DNA of 64,000 nt from a virus. Taxonomy: Duplodnaviria > Caudoviricetes. The notes under the pieces are model-generated. The model had not been told where the DNA came from, did not search any database, and saw only the letters and a list, made by a program, of their open reading frames with translations. Location: the IMG/VR virus record IMGVR_UViG_3300020419_001132, one strand, 5' to 3'. A program made the position numbers and the translations under genes. Shown here in pieces: positions 18,014 to 27,348 of this stretch (position 1 is the stretch's first letter; every line of letters starts with the position of its first letter).

Positions 18014-18450
18014 TATCTATTACCTCCTTGATGAAATATATCATTTTCAGTAACTACTCTAAAAGTTATCCTATTTTGTCTACACCAATGTCTCGCGGCT
18101 TCCCACTTTGCTTGGTTCAATATGTAACTTGCTTTGTTGTGATTACTTCTACCAACCTTTTCTCTCAATGCTTGGTTTGCAGGTTTTACTTCAATACATT
18201 CTGCTTTAGGTTTACCATTTCTATCAGTATATGCAATAAAAAAATCTGGTACATACACAGTATGTTTTCCTGTCAGTGGATTTCTATATGGTATCTTAAA
18301 TGCTTCCGAAGCCCATTGACTAACACTTGGATGCTCGTCGCAAAACCGCATGAAAGCAAATTCCCAACTGCTTCTATATGTTGGCGTTTTTCTACCTGAA
18401 TATTTTTCGGGATTCTTTAAGGTATATTTGCCTGAAGCAAACCTAGCCAT
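18013..18450 (-). CDS. head completion nuclease (T4 gp4-like, TnsA fold)
   Basis: KNPEKY...YRSSWE...WASE...YVPDF...IEVKP...KWEAA. Confidence 0.9.
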   Translation of the reverse strand: MARFASGKYTLKNPEKYSGRKTPTYRSSWEFAFMRFCDEHPSVSQWASEAFKIPYRNPLTGKHTVYVPDFFIAYTDRNGKPKAECIEVKPANQALREKVGRSNHNKASYILNQAKWEAARHWCRQNRITFRVVTENDIFHQGGNR

Positions 18451-18451
18451 A

Positions 18452-18823
18452 TTACACCACTACGTTTCTACGTTCACCGTACTCAAATGTAGGAGTAATT
18501 TTAAAACCTAATGTAGACGATTTGTTTCTTTGGAAGTTTAAAACTTGTGTTACTACTTTACTTAATTGTACTTCGTCAAATCCTTTTAACGTATCTAACA
18601 ATTGGAATACATTAACTTCATCTAGTTTAGCTTGTGTTAGTAATGCTTGACTTACAGAAATTGCGGCTGTTTTATCAAAATCTCTTTTTGTAAAAAATCC
18701 AACAACAGCATCAAAATCATTGGCGGAGAATTCTAATGTTTTATTAAAATAATTATTAAAAAATTCTACTACCCGTTGTTCTGACTTTTTTTCTTTGGGA
18801 GGTAACGCTGTATCTTCTGCCAT
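18452..18823 (-). CDS. hypothetical protein
   Basis: 123-aa ORF coupled between the tube-related gene and gp4. Confidence 0.7.
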   Translation of the reverse strand: MAEDTALPPKEKKSEQRVVEFFNNYFNKTLEFSANDFDAVVGFFTKRDFDKTAAISVSQALLTQAKLDEVNVFQLLDTLKGFDEVQLSKVVTQVLNFQRNKSSTLGFKITPTFEYGERRNVVV

Positions 18824-18834
18824 ATCAATATCCT

Positions 18835-19908
18835 TTACTTAGGAAAAATAGTATTTGCAACACCACTAACATCTGATCCACCGATGCCGCCTATGGTGTC
18901 TTTCAAAACACTAAATCCTCCTGCTCGTAAACCGCTTGAATTTAAATTTTGTACATTTCCTATTAAGTTTGCACCTGCTAGTATAGCTGATAATGGGCTA
19001 CTGAATCCTTTACCAGTTCTTGCATAATCAAATAAATCTATACCTGCACCTAGTATTCCGCCTAAGCCTACATTACCACCACCTGCTAGTGTAATTGGAC
19101 TAGGAGTAGTATCGTAATGTGAAGATTCTCCAAAGCCTTTAGGATCACCATTGGCACCTGCTGTTACAGGTCCACGATCATACCATACTGCTTCATATTT
19201 AACTGTCATTTGATTTTGCATAGTTCCACTGCCGTCAGCCATGTCAACTGAATCGTGTGCCCAGTTTTCTATAATTGGATTGACTAATGTATAGGTAGTA
19301 TATGTATGTCTGGATAGTTGACTAATTTGTATGTTTGTAAAAAAAGGATCTGTAGAATCGTTATCTAAACCGTAACGATATTTGTTTAGCTCTGGTCCAG
19401 CATATGTATTATCTCCTGGACTTGCAGAACCAAAAGATGATCCGTCTACTGCTGTTCCTGTAAAACTTCTATTATATGCAACAGGGTATTGTCCATATTG
19501 TCCGTCTACAAAGTAGTATCTGTAGTATGCTTCAAGCATAGCAGTTGTTATTCCAAGATTATCGTCATGGAATGTAATATTTACAGGTTCATAGGATATA
19601 CTTGTTTGTACATTTTTTACACGATTGTATTTTTTTCTAGTATCAACCATCGCAGAAAATTTAGGTAAGTCTGCTGACTTTACTAAAAGTCCTGCTTCTA
19701 ACTTATGTCTATTTTCAAATGTTGGAAAACTTTTTAATGCTAAATTACCAAATTGGAATGCTACATGAAAAAGGAATTTAGCTTTAGGAGCAAGCCTAAA
19801 CGAGTCGTCAACAAACGTGCGAGATGCATGACGAAAGTCTGCTAAGTTACCTTTTGGATTTAAAACACCTGATGCTAGGTTATCTAAAAATCCGTTAAAA
19901 TTAGCCAT
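18835..19908 (-). CDS. tail tube-related baseplate/tube junction protein (gp48/gp54-like)
   Basis: Tube-like segments ADLPKFS, PVNITFHDD and VKYE; directly downstream of the tail tube gene. Confidence 0.6.
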   Translation of the reverse strand: MANFNGFLDNLASGVLNPKGNLADFRHASRTFVDDSFRLAPKAKFLFHVAFQFGNLALKSFPTFENRHKLEAGLLVKSADLPKFSAMVDTRKKYNRVKNVQTSISYEPVNITFHDDNLGITTAMLEAYYRYYFVDGQYGQYPVAYNRSFTGTAVDGSSFGSASPGDNTYAGPELNKYRYGLDNDSTDPFFTNIQISQLSRHTYTTYTLVNPIIENWAHDSVDMADGSGTMQNQMTVKYEAVWYDRGPVTAGANGDPKGFGESSHYDTTPSPITLAGGGNVGLGGILGAGIDLFDYARTGKGFSSPLSAILAGANLIGNVQNLNSSGLRAGGFSVLKDTIGGIGGSDVSGVANTIFPK

Positions 19909-19930
19909 TAAATAAATCTCCTGTTACTAA

Positions 19931-19938
19931 TATTTATC
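19931..19938 (-). promoter_or_regulatory. late promoter box GATAAATA
   Basis: TATTTATC on plus, upstream of an SD and the ATG at 19908. Confidence 0.6.
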
Positions 19939-19967
19939 TTTTGAATTTAAGTGCGTATATAAAGAGA

Positions 19968-19989
19968 AAGGGGTGCCTAAACACCCCTT
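19968..19989 (-). terminator. intrinsic terminator after the tail tube gene
   Basis: AAGGGGTG/CACCCCTT 8-bp stem, 6-nt loop, pyrimidine-rich tail on minus. Confidence 0.7.
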
Positions 19990-20013
19990 CTAATAGATTA
20001 GGATTTGTTGCTG

Positions 20014-20643
20014 TTAGGCTCCAGCGCCTGTAACTAGCGTATTAACTGTTCTACCAACTGCTGTACCAATACCAGTACCTTGTGGTGTTTGAACAGCGTT
20101 GTCGTAACGTACAGCAAGTGTTACTGTAACTGGTTCTGTACCTGCTGAATATGCTAAAGTATTGTAGTTTGCACTTTCAAGGTAACAACCATAAAGTTCA
20201 AATGTTTCAAGTACAGTTGGTGTATTAGCACCGTTACCACCGTCTAGTATTTCAATTCTTGTTGCGAATTTGTAATCTAAACCTGATGCCGCACTTGATT
20301 GCTCGTAAAAGTCAAATTGTTTCTGTAGTTGCTCGCCAACAAGTTTTTGAACATTGTTATTAACATCTTCACGTAAATTAATAGTGATTGGCTCCCAAGT
20401 ATGTTTACCAGCTAGGTACACTCTTGAGTTGTAAATGTCAATTGTCATTTGATCAAAACTTACGTTTGGTCGAGTAACATCAACTACTTGTTTTGTTAGT
20501 TCTGTTGTTGGTGTTGAAACACCAAAGTTTTCTAAAGATAGCCTAAATCTATATTGCATTTTAGGCATTAACAGGCCTTGGTTACTAGCAGAATCGCCGC
20601 TTGCCAAAGGCACAGTCATTTTTGATAGTGTTGATATTGCCAT
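20014..20643 (-). CDS. tail tube protein (gp19-like)
   Basis: YLAGKHTWEPITINLREDV, FELYGCY, YNTLAYS, VTLAVRYDNA; directly downstream of the sheath. Confidence 0.85.
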   Translation of the reverse strand: MAISTLSKMTVPLASGDSASNQGLLMPKMQYRFRLSLENFGVSTPTTELTKQVVDVTRPNVSFDQMTIDIYNSRVYLAGKHTWEPITINLREDVNNNVQKLVGEQLQKQFDFYEQSSAASGLDYKFATRIEILDGGNGANTPTVLETFELYGCYLESANYNTLAYSAGTEPVTVTLAVRYDNAVQTPQGTGIGTAVGRTVNTLVTGAGA

Positions 20644-20665
20644 TATTTTGCTCCTAATCTAATAT

Positions 20666-20673
20666 TATTTATC
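20666..20673 (-). promoter_or_regulatory. late promoter box GATAAATA
   Basis: TATTTATC on plus, upstream of a GGAG SD and the tube gene ATG. Confidence 0.6.
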
Positions 20674-20677
20674 ATAA

Positions 20678-23600
20678 TTACAGTCCTGCTATTTCTCCAG
20701 TATTTTTGAGTCTTAGTGGAATGTATATGAATTCAACTGCCTTGACAGGTTCTACAGCAATATCTAAGTATAACTCATTTCTATCAATTCTTGCCGGAGT
20801 ATTGTTTGATTCGTCACACACTACTAAGAAGTCATATAATGCTCTTTGACCAACAAGTTCAAGCATCAAACTTTCAGCCGCTTGTTTAATTTCATCTCTA
20901 GTAATCTTATCGTTTGGTTCAAACAAGTAAGGTTTTGCAAGTGTATTAAGTTGGCTACGTAGATAAATTACAAGCCTAGCAACATTAATTCTATCTAATG
21001 AACTTGCTGTAAGTTGTCTAGTTTTTTGTCCAAAGTTCACTAAACCTGCACCTGTAATGAATGTAATTGGGTTAACATTATTTGCGTATAATGTGTCTCT
21101 CAATCCCTCATTAAGTGCAACTGATTTAAATTCGCCTTCTGCTGTAATAAACCCTGTTGAACTTGCGTTTGTAATTCCGCCTCTTCTTGTACCTGCTGGT
21201 GCAAACCATGGAAACGAAACTTGATCACTAAGTGCAATAGTTCTAAGCATCATGTGGCTCGGTGGTACTACAACATTTTTACCAAAGTTGTCGCTAGTAA
21301 ATCCACCTGGATAAAATACTGCTAAGTATGGATCCGATGTTACCAATCCGTTGTCATTATCTTCAACGGCTTTGTTAACATTAGTAGCCCAGTTATTAAT
21401 ATCTGTTGCGTTAGCTTTTAATCTAAACGGTGAATCTCCAACTACAAATGCTGTAAGTCCTCTATCGTAGTTTAGTGATTTCATTTCGCCGATTAGTTCT
21501 GGATAACCAGGGCATGCCATCATATTAAAGATTCTTGATTCGTCATCTCTAATATCATCATTACTATTAACCATTGCTTGTAATGATTGTATAATAACTT
21601 TACGCTGAGCTTTTCTACCAAAACTACCAGAACCATCTGGTTGATTTGCTGATTCAGTTACCCAACGATCTGCATGATAGCCAGCCATTGACTGGTCGTT
21701 AAATCTAGTATTGTTTGTTGCTGTGTTAATATAGTTTCTCTTGTACTTCTTAACATTAAATCCACTTCTTCTTGTATTGAAAAGCAACATGCCTTTTGGA
21801 TACAATGCTGGATCTGGAGCGTCTGGGTCCATATAGTCACTTGCCATTAAGTCTGCAATAGTTCCTGGTGTGGAAGAGTTTGCTCCTTGTGTATTGTATC
21901 TAGCATCAGCAAACAGTATACCTTCGTCTGTTGTTTGGTCTCCTGTATCCATTGCAAACCATCTGTTTGCAATAGGAAGATCAGTTCTATCAGCATTATG
22001 TTTGTAAATTTTTGGATAATTTTCTAAGTCTGAAGTGTCAATCCATAAGTCTCCAGTTACTAGTGCAGTTCCGTCACTTTGTAACACTGGCGCTGTTGCA
22101 GAAACTGTAGGACCTTCTGGATCTGGAGTTTTTGTGCTATCTGCATTATAAAATGGAGATGCTGTTGAACTCTGTCCACTTGATCCATCATAAACATAAC
22201 CTACAAACTCACTGCCGTTGTGAACTAAAATATCTGCTTCGTCAACTGTTGAATTGTACCATAGTGTACCTTCAGTAGTTGTAGCAGTAACTTGTGTGTC
22301 ACTAGCTGTGTAGCTTAATACTCTCCAAGTAGTTGCTTGAAGTTGTAATGGATTTGTTGATCCTGATGTTCCCTGTGCATATTGCAGATTAGGTGTTCCG
22401 CTTGTAGCTGAAACATAAGGTGAAAATCCTGCATTTGTTAGTACACTATTTGTATCAACAAATTTCATTTCACCACCTAATGCATGTGATATAACAACAG
22501 TATTAGTTGCGGTAACTGTAGCACTAACATTCTCAATATTAGCTGTGTTAATTGCACCTGCTAATACTCCTGCATCACTAACTGCACCTGTATAAGTTGC
22601 AGAAACTGTTATTGCCGCGTTAAATGCTAGTTGTGTATTATCTGTTGAAGCTACAGTAAATGTTTTAGTTCCTGAAGAAATGCTTCCTGAAATAATTTTG
22701 TTACTTGTAATAACTGTAGGAGCAACACCTTGTCTTCTAAATATTTTAAAAGTACCTAAAGGCTTTGTATCGCCTGCAACATTACTTTGTACATAAAGGT
22801 CTCCGGTAAGCATATTTGTTCCACCACCGGTTTTATCCATTTCATAAATTGCTTCTCTATGTGAAGGATAAATTCCAGGGTTTACTGTTTCCCAAAGCTG
22901 TGTACTGTTATTCCATTTTTTAACTGAATATTTTGCACCAAGATTGGCTGTGGTTGTTTTGATCCATACAGAACCTGTTGGTCTTGAGTAAGTATCAGCA
23001 GTTTTATATTCTGGAATATTTGTATGTTTTGCAATAGTTAATGCTGGCGGATAAAACGTACCAGCAGTTATTCCTAACTCTGTAAGTTTAGTTGAATCGC
23101 CACCTATTAGCACATCACCTGCTGTAGTTGAATCTTCAGCGGCACTACCTGTACCGTCACTGTAAATCTCTAACTTACCGTCAACTGCTTCTGCTGTAAC
23201 TCCTGTAATAGAAAGTCCATTAATTGTAGAAGCAACGTTTGCTACTGTATTAGCTGACGATATTGATACTGATGTACCATTAATACTTATTGAAGCAGTT
23301 CCAGCAAATGTTGGATTTGCTACAGAACCTTGTATTGTAGGCCAACTCTTGCACCAAGGATCACTACCTACTAGTACCCATGTACCACTTGTATTTCTGT
23401 AAAATACTTTATTTAACGTAGAAGTTGCAACAACAGCATAATCACCAACTTTACCGACTGTGCTGGCAGGGATGTCGCCGGAAAATCCGTTAGTACCTAA
23501 TGAACCTGTGTTAACAACTTTTGTTGTATCTGTAATTACAATTGGAACCTTGTTTGTAAACACTTGACCTTTGTTTAATACAGAAGCACCGTTCCATTCT

Positions 23601-24043
23601 TGAACGCCCCATAATGTATTTGCTGTGTCAAGCCAATAAGTTCCATCTGCAGGTGTTGCCGCAGGAGCTGTTGTCGAAGCATCTAGTTGACTTGTGTCAA
23701 CGTCTGCTCTCACTACATAAGCTCTGTTTGCAATACCTAAATATGAATAAGCCGCTTGTAATCCATACTCGTTTAATTCGCTTCCGTGTATTGGATTATT
23801 GCTTGTATCAGTTTTGAAGACCGGATCTCCAAAATTGTCTACTAAATCTCTTTGTGAAGTTAATAAGTACACCTTGCCTGCGTTTGTAGCTAATGTACCT
23901 GGTGCTGTTCCTGTACCTGCACCGTTTTTCTTGTTTGCCGCACTAGCGACAAATATCATTGGAAGGGTACCTGGTTCCGCGGGTGTATAGAAACTTTCAT
24001 CTACTACGCTAACCGATACTCCTGGTGATACTAATCCTGCCAT
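20678..24043 (-). CDS. contractile tail sheath protein (gp18-like), enlarged
   Basis: SPGVSVSVVDES N-terminus, PWFAPAGTRRG, LYANNVNPI, LDRINVARL, FEPND, KAVEFIYI. Confidence 0.95.
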   Translation of the reverse strand: MAGLVSPGVSVSVVDESFYTPAEPGTLPMIFVASAANKKNGAGTGTAPGTLATNAGKVYLLTSQRDLVDNFGDPVFKTDTSNNPIHGSELNEYGLQAAYSYLGIANRAYVVRADVDTSQLDASTTAPAATPADGTYWLDTANTLWGVQEWNGASVLNKGQVFTNKVPIVITDTTKVVNTGSLGTNGFSGDIPASTVGKVGDYAVVATSTLNKVFYRNTSGTWVLVGSDPWCKSWPTIQGSVANPTFAGTASISINGTSVSISSANTVANVASTINGLSITGVTAEAVDGKLEIYSDGTGSAAEDSTTAGDVLIGGDSTKLTELGITAGTFYPPALTIAKHTNIPEYKTADTYSRPTGSVWIKTTTANLGAKYSVKKWNNSTQLWETVNPGIYPSHREAIYEMDKTGGGTNMLTGDLYVQSNVAGDTKPLGTFKIFRRQGVAPTVITSNKIISGSISSGTKTFTVASTDNTQLAFNAAITVSATYTGAVSDAGVLAGAINTANIENVSATVTATNTVVISHALGGEMKFVDTNSVLTNAGFSPYVSATSGTPNLQYAQGTSGSTNPLQLQATTWRVLSYTASDTQVTATTTEGTLWYNSTVDEADILVHNGSEFVGYVYDGSSGQSSTASPFYNADSTKTPDPEGPTVSATAPVLQSDGTALVTGDLWIDTSDLENYPKIYKHNADRTDLPIANRWFAMDTGDQTTDEGILFADARYNTQGANSSTPGTIADLMASDYMDPDAPDPALYPKGMLLFNTRRSGFNVKKYKRNYINTATNNTRFNDQSMAGYHADRWVTESANQPDGSGSFGRKAQRKVIIQSLQAMVNSNDDIRDDESRIFNMMACPGYPELIGEMKSLNYDRGLTAFVVGDSPFRLKANATDINNWATNVNKAVEDNDNGLVTSDPYLAVFYPGGFTSDNFGKNVVVPPSHMMLRTIALSDQVSFPWFAPAGTRRGGITNASSTGFITAEGEFKSVALNEGLRDTLYANNVNPITFITGAGLVNFGQKTRQLTASSLDRINVARLVIYLRSQLNTLAKPYLFEPNDKITRDEIKQAAESLMLELVGQRALYDFLVVCDESNNTPARIDRNELYLDIAVEPVKAVEFIYIPLRLKNTGEIAGL

Positions 24044-24079
24044 GTTAATCTCCTATCGTGGACGTCATCATTCTACTTG

Positions 24080-24086
24080 TATTTAG
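24080..24086 (-). promoter_or_regulatory. late promoter box CTAAATA for the sheath gene
   Basis: TATTTAG on plus in the intergenic region upstream of the sheath. Confidence 0.55.
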
Positions 24087-24143
24087 CAAACAAAGTTGAA
24101 AACACCCATACAAACCTGCATGAAAAGGGGCGGAAAAGGTGAG

Positions 24144-24150
24144 CTAAATA
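24144..24150 (+). promoter_or_regulatory. late promoter box CTAAATA for the HNH gene
   Basis: TAAATA ends 4 nt before the ATG at 24155. Confidence 0.55.
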
Positions 24151-24154
24151 CAAC

Positions 24155-24496
24155 ATGAGACCGATATGTACGTTATGTGTTACTAGACCCGCCGCTATAA
24201 ATTACAAAAAAAATAATAGAACATACTATAGAAAAAAATGTGAAGTATGTTTAAAACATAGTGGTGCAAACTATGGAACTCCTAGATGGAAACAAGTTGG
24301 CTACGAAAAGAAAAACAGTTGCGAAAAATGTGGATATAAAAGTTCTCATTCAGAACAGTTTAATGTATTTCATATAGATGGAAATTTAACTAACTGTAAT
24401 TATAGTAATTTAAAAACTATCTGTGCTAACTGTCAACGTCTTATACAAAAAAACGGTGTCAGATGGAAACAAGGTGATCTTTTACCAGACTTTTAA
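24155..24496 (+). CDS. zinc-binding HNH endonuclease-like protein
   Basis: Four CxxC pairs and HIDGNLTNCNYSNLKTICANC. Confidence 0.75.
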   Translation: MRPICTLCVTRPAAINYKKNNRTYYRKKCEVCLKHSGANYGTPRWKQVGYEKKNSCEKCGYKSSHSEQFNVFHIDGNLTNCNYSNLKTICANCQRLIQKNGVRWKQGDLLPDF

Positions 24497-25052
24497 GATC
24501 TTCAGTAGTTCCGTCGTTTGCTAAAATGTAATCCATTTGTACATTGGCCCAAGCCCATTCAGACTTATGTACATCAGTAGGTTCTTGGCCTAGATCTTTG
24601 TACAATCTAAACCAAAGTGGATCAGGACCTCTTCTAACTTGGCATATTCTTCCACCTAACGATCTAATCATTTTAGCTTCATTCTCAAATCGCACGTCTG
24701 GAATAACATAGTTTTTATCTTTGTTGTTTAATAATTGTTGTTTTACTAAACTTACCCAGATGCCATCATAAAAACCATTACGCATACAATCAGTACCAAA
24801 TAGTTGAAGGATAAGGCGCGGTGTAATTTCTTCACTAGTTTCTTTTGTCCAGAATTCGTCTTGTTGTTCTCGCCACTTTCTTGAGTCATCTGTGTCTCCT
24901 TCTAACATTTGCCTGTCCCAACCAAACACAGAGCTAACTCCGTCTTTTAGTTTATCTGCAAATGAAAGTTTTTCGTAGCTATGTTCTTCGACTAAAATGT
25001 CAGCGACTGTACCTTTTCCTGAGCCAATCAGTCCACAAATACCTATAATCAT
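24459..25052 (-). CDS. deoxynucleoside monophosphate kinase (T4 gp1-like)
   Basis: P-loop GLIGSGKGT, SFADKLK, TPRLILQLFGTD, VIPDVRFENE, HKSE. Confidence 0.92.
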   Translation of the reverse strand: MIIGICGLIGSGKGTVADILVEEHSYEKLSFADKLKDGVSSVFGWDRQMLEGDTDDSRKWREQQDEFWTKETSEEITPRLILQLFGTDCMRNGFYDGIWVSLVKQQLLNNKDKNYVIPDVRFENEAKMIRSLGGRICQVRRGPDPLWFRLYKDLGQEPTDVHKSEWAWANVQMDYILANDGTTEDLKSLVKDHLVSI

Positions 25053-25074
25053 AGTGAGTCCTTTAATTGTATAT

Positions 25075-25103
25075 ATTATACGATATTATAGGGTGTTTGT
25101 CAA
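25075..25103 (-). promoter_or_regulatory. perfect-consensus sigma70 promoter for the dNMP kinase
   Basis: TTGACA-N17-TATAAT on the minus strand, followed by an AAGGA SD. Confidence 0.85.
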
Positions 25104-25110
25104 GTGGTTT

Positions 25111-25869
25111 TTAACCTATGCTAAATCCGTAGCCCATACCGCCTGGTATTGCTGTAGATACTTCAGACTCTAGTTTTTCCATCTCTTGTTGTGCTTCTGA
25201 CTTTAGTGTGTCACCATTAAGTTGTCCACCACCTTGTGGTCCAGCTATTGTTGCAAACTTGCTTCTAGCTTCGCCTAACATGTATTTGCATGTTGCTACA
25301 GTATAGTCTTTCAACCATTGCTTTGCAAGGTAATCATCTAATAACTGCTCATCTGGTCTGTAATTATAGCAAAATAAAAGTAAATCTTCTTCAGCTCTTG
25401 GACGTTGGAGAAGTGTAAGTTTTTTCGTAGTGCTATTCCATTTGAATTCTATAAATGATCCAAACATTCTGCCTACTAATTCTTGGTACTGACTAAACAT
25501 GTCATATGTAGCTAATCCGCCCATATTACTACTTGATAAAAGATAGGTATTCGTATATGCCAAGTTAAATGGTTCGAATAGTGTTCCGCCGTCGCCTCCA
25601 CCTGTCCTAGATCCTATGCTTCTTCTAAACAGTCTTCTTACTTCCATTATCTCACTTGGTAATGTATATTCATTTTGATCTATAACAGTTGGCATAAAAA
25701 AGTAGGATTCTTCTACAGAATTATCAGAACGTTGTCTAAATCTTGTTAATGCTTTTGTAAGTGCAGTTTCATAGTGGTCGGGGTCTAACTCAACGTCAAC
25801 CATACCGCCACCTAGCATGTTATATGCGTAATCAAACACTTCTTGCTTCTTAGTTGCTAATGTTGCCAT
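25111..25869 (-). CDS. neck protein (gp13-like)
   Basis: VDVELDPDHY, WLKDYTVATCK...LGEARSKF, GPQGGGQLNG motifs. Confidence 0.8.
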   Translation of the reverse strand: MATLATKKQEVFDYAYNMLGGGMVDVELDPDHYETALTKALTRFRQRSDNSVEESYFFMPTVIDQNEYTLPSEIMEVRRLFRRSIGSRTGGGDGGTLFEPFNLAYTNTYLLSSSNMGGLATYDMFSQYQELVGRMFGSFIEFKWNSTTKKLTLLQRPRAEEDLLLFCYNYRPDEQLLDDYLAKQWLKDYTVATCKYMLGEARSKFATIAGPQGGGQLNGDTLKSEAQQEMEKLESEVSTAIPGGMGYGFSIG

Positions 25870-25887
25870 ATACTTCTGTCTCCGTAG

Positions 25888-25907
25888 TATTTATCGTTCG
25901 ATAAATA
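25888..25907. promoter_or_regulatory. back-to-back late promoters forming an inverted repeat
   Basis: TATTTATCG-TT-CGATAAATA gives GATAAATA on each strand, between divergent gp13 and gp14. Confidence 0.7.
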
Positions 25908-25912
25908 TGTAT

Positions 25913-27076
25913 ATGCCGAGACTGTCTTTATACAAACCCGAAAAAGGGAAAGATTTCGAATTTATAGATAACAGAATCTATGAGATGTTTACTGTTGGTG
26001 GAACTGATGTAAACATACACAAATACCTTGGTCCCAAGCAAGTAGATAGTGCTAACGCAACTGCGGATCAGCCTGCATACAACGCTGTAGCGGAAACAAA
26101 TATACAAGATTTATTGTTTTTAGAAAATCGAGATAGAAAATATGATCAAGATGTATACACTATAAGAGGTGTATACAATGTTGCAGATATAGACTTTAAT
26201 TTATCACAGTTTGGACTATTTTTAAGTAACGATACGTTGTTTATGACTGTGCATATAAGCTCTAGTGTAAAAACTATTGGTAGAAAGTTGATGTCTGGCG
26301 ATGTTATAGAATTACCACATCTGAAAGATGAATATGCATTAGATGATTTTTCTTTGGCATTGAAAAGATTTTATGTTATTGAGGAGGTAAGTAGAGCTTC
26401 TGAAGGATTTAGTCCAACATGGTATCCTCATTTATATAGAATTAAATTGAAACAAGTAATGGATAGTCAAGAATATAAGGATATCTTTGATCAACCAGCA
26501 GACGAAGAAGTCCCGGGTGGAGATACACTACGTGACTTGATGTCAAATTACAATAAACAAAAAGAAATTAATGATGCTGTTGTAAAACAAGCAGAAGCTG
26601 ACGCAAAATCTGCGGGCTATGATACTACTAATTTGTTTACACTAGCTACAGATGACAATGGTAAAATCGATATTGTTACTACAGATACTAGTGAACTTGA
26701 TGCAAGTGTAGCAACAGAACTAGCTGACAGAGTAATGCAAACACCAAAACGTACAGGATACGATGGTTACTTAATTGGTGACGGAATAGCACCAAATGGA
26801 GAAGCATTTGGGCATGGTATTGCTTTTCCTTCAGGACAATCAGAAGGCGATTTCTTCTTAAGGACAGATATGTTACCTAATAGATTATTTAGATACGATG
26901 GTAGAAGATGGATTAAACAAGAAGATAATGTTAGAATGACCATGAGTCAAACTGATTCCAAATCTACACAAAAAGCAAGTTTTGTTAATAACATAAACAC
27001 AAATAGCATTGCAGGGGAAACTGTACAAGAAAGACAAAGTTTAAGTAAAGCATTGAAACCTAAGGCAGATAACTAA
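25913..27076 (+). CDS. neck/head-closure protein (gp14-like)
   Basis: IQDLLFLENRDRKYD, FNLSQFGLFL, GDVIELPHL, WYPHL; divergent from gp13; start MPRL at 25913. Confidence 0.75.
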   Translation: MPRLSLYKPEKGKDFEFIDNRIYEMFTVGGTDVNIHKYLGPKQVDSANATADQPAYNAVAETNIQDLLFLENRDRKYDQDVYTIRGVYNVADIDFNLSQFGLFLSNDTLFMTVHISSSVKTIGRKLMSGDVIELPHLKDEYALDDFSLALKRFYVIEEVSRASEGFSPTWYPHLYRIKLKQVMDSQEYKDIFDQPADEEVPGGDTLRDLMSNYNKQKEINDAVVKQAEADAKSAGYDTTNLFTLATDDNGKIDIVTTDTSELDASVATELADRVMQTPKRTGYDGYLIGDGIAPNGEAFGHGIAFPSGQSEGDFFLRTDMLPNRLFRYDGRRWIKQEDNVRMTMSQTDSKSTQKASFVNNINTNSIAGETVQERQSLSKALKPKADN

Positions 27077-27348
27077 TGATTGACTTTATAATATTCGGTA
27101 TTGTTGACAATGCTGTTGTGATACTAGGGGCTATGACAGGCCTAACAATAGAAAAATACTTACCGAGTCAATTTCAAAAAGGACTCGGAGCAGTTGTTGG
27201 TGCTGGTTTAGGAAATGCAGTTAGTGACTGGCTAGGTGGTGCATCAACGCTAAGTTGGGATCTAGCTTTTGGTACTGCAATCGGATGTCTGATAGGATTA
27301 ATTTTTATTCCCATATTTAGATTAATAGAGAAATGGTGGAAGAAGTAA
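27076..27348 (+). CDS. small membrane protein, TMEM65/VIT-like motifs
   Basis: Three hydrophobic segments with FGIVDNA and GLGNAVSD. Confidence 0.55.
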   Translation: MIDFIIFGIVDNAVVILGAMTGLTIEKYLPSQFQKGLGAVVGAGLGNAVSDWLGGASTLSWDLAFGTAIGCLIGLIFIPIFRLIEKWWKK

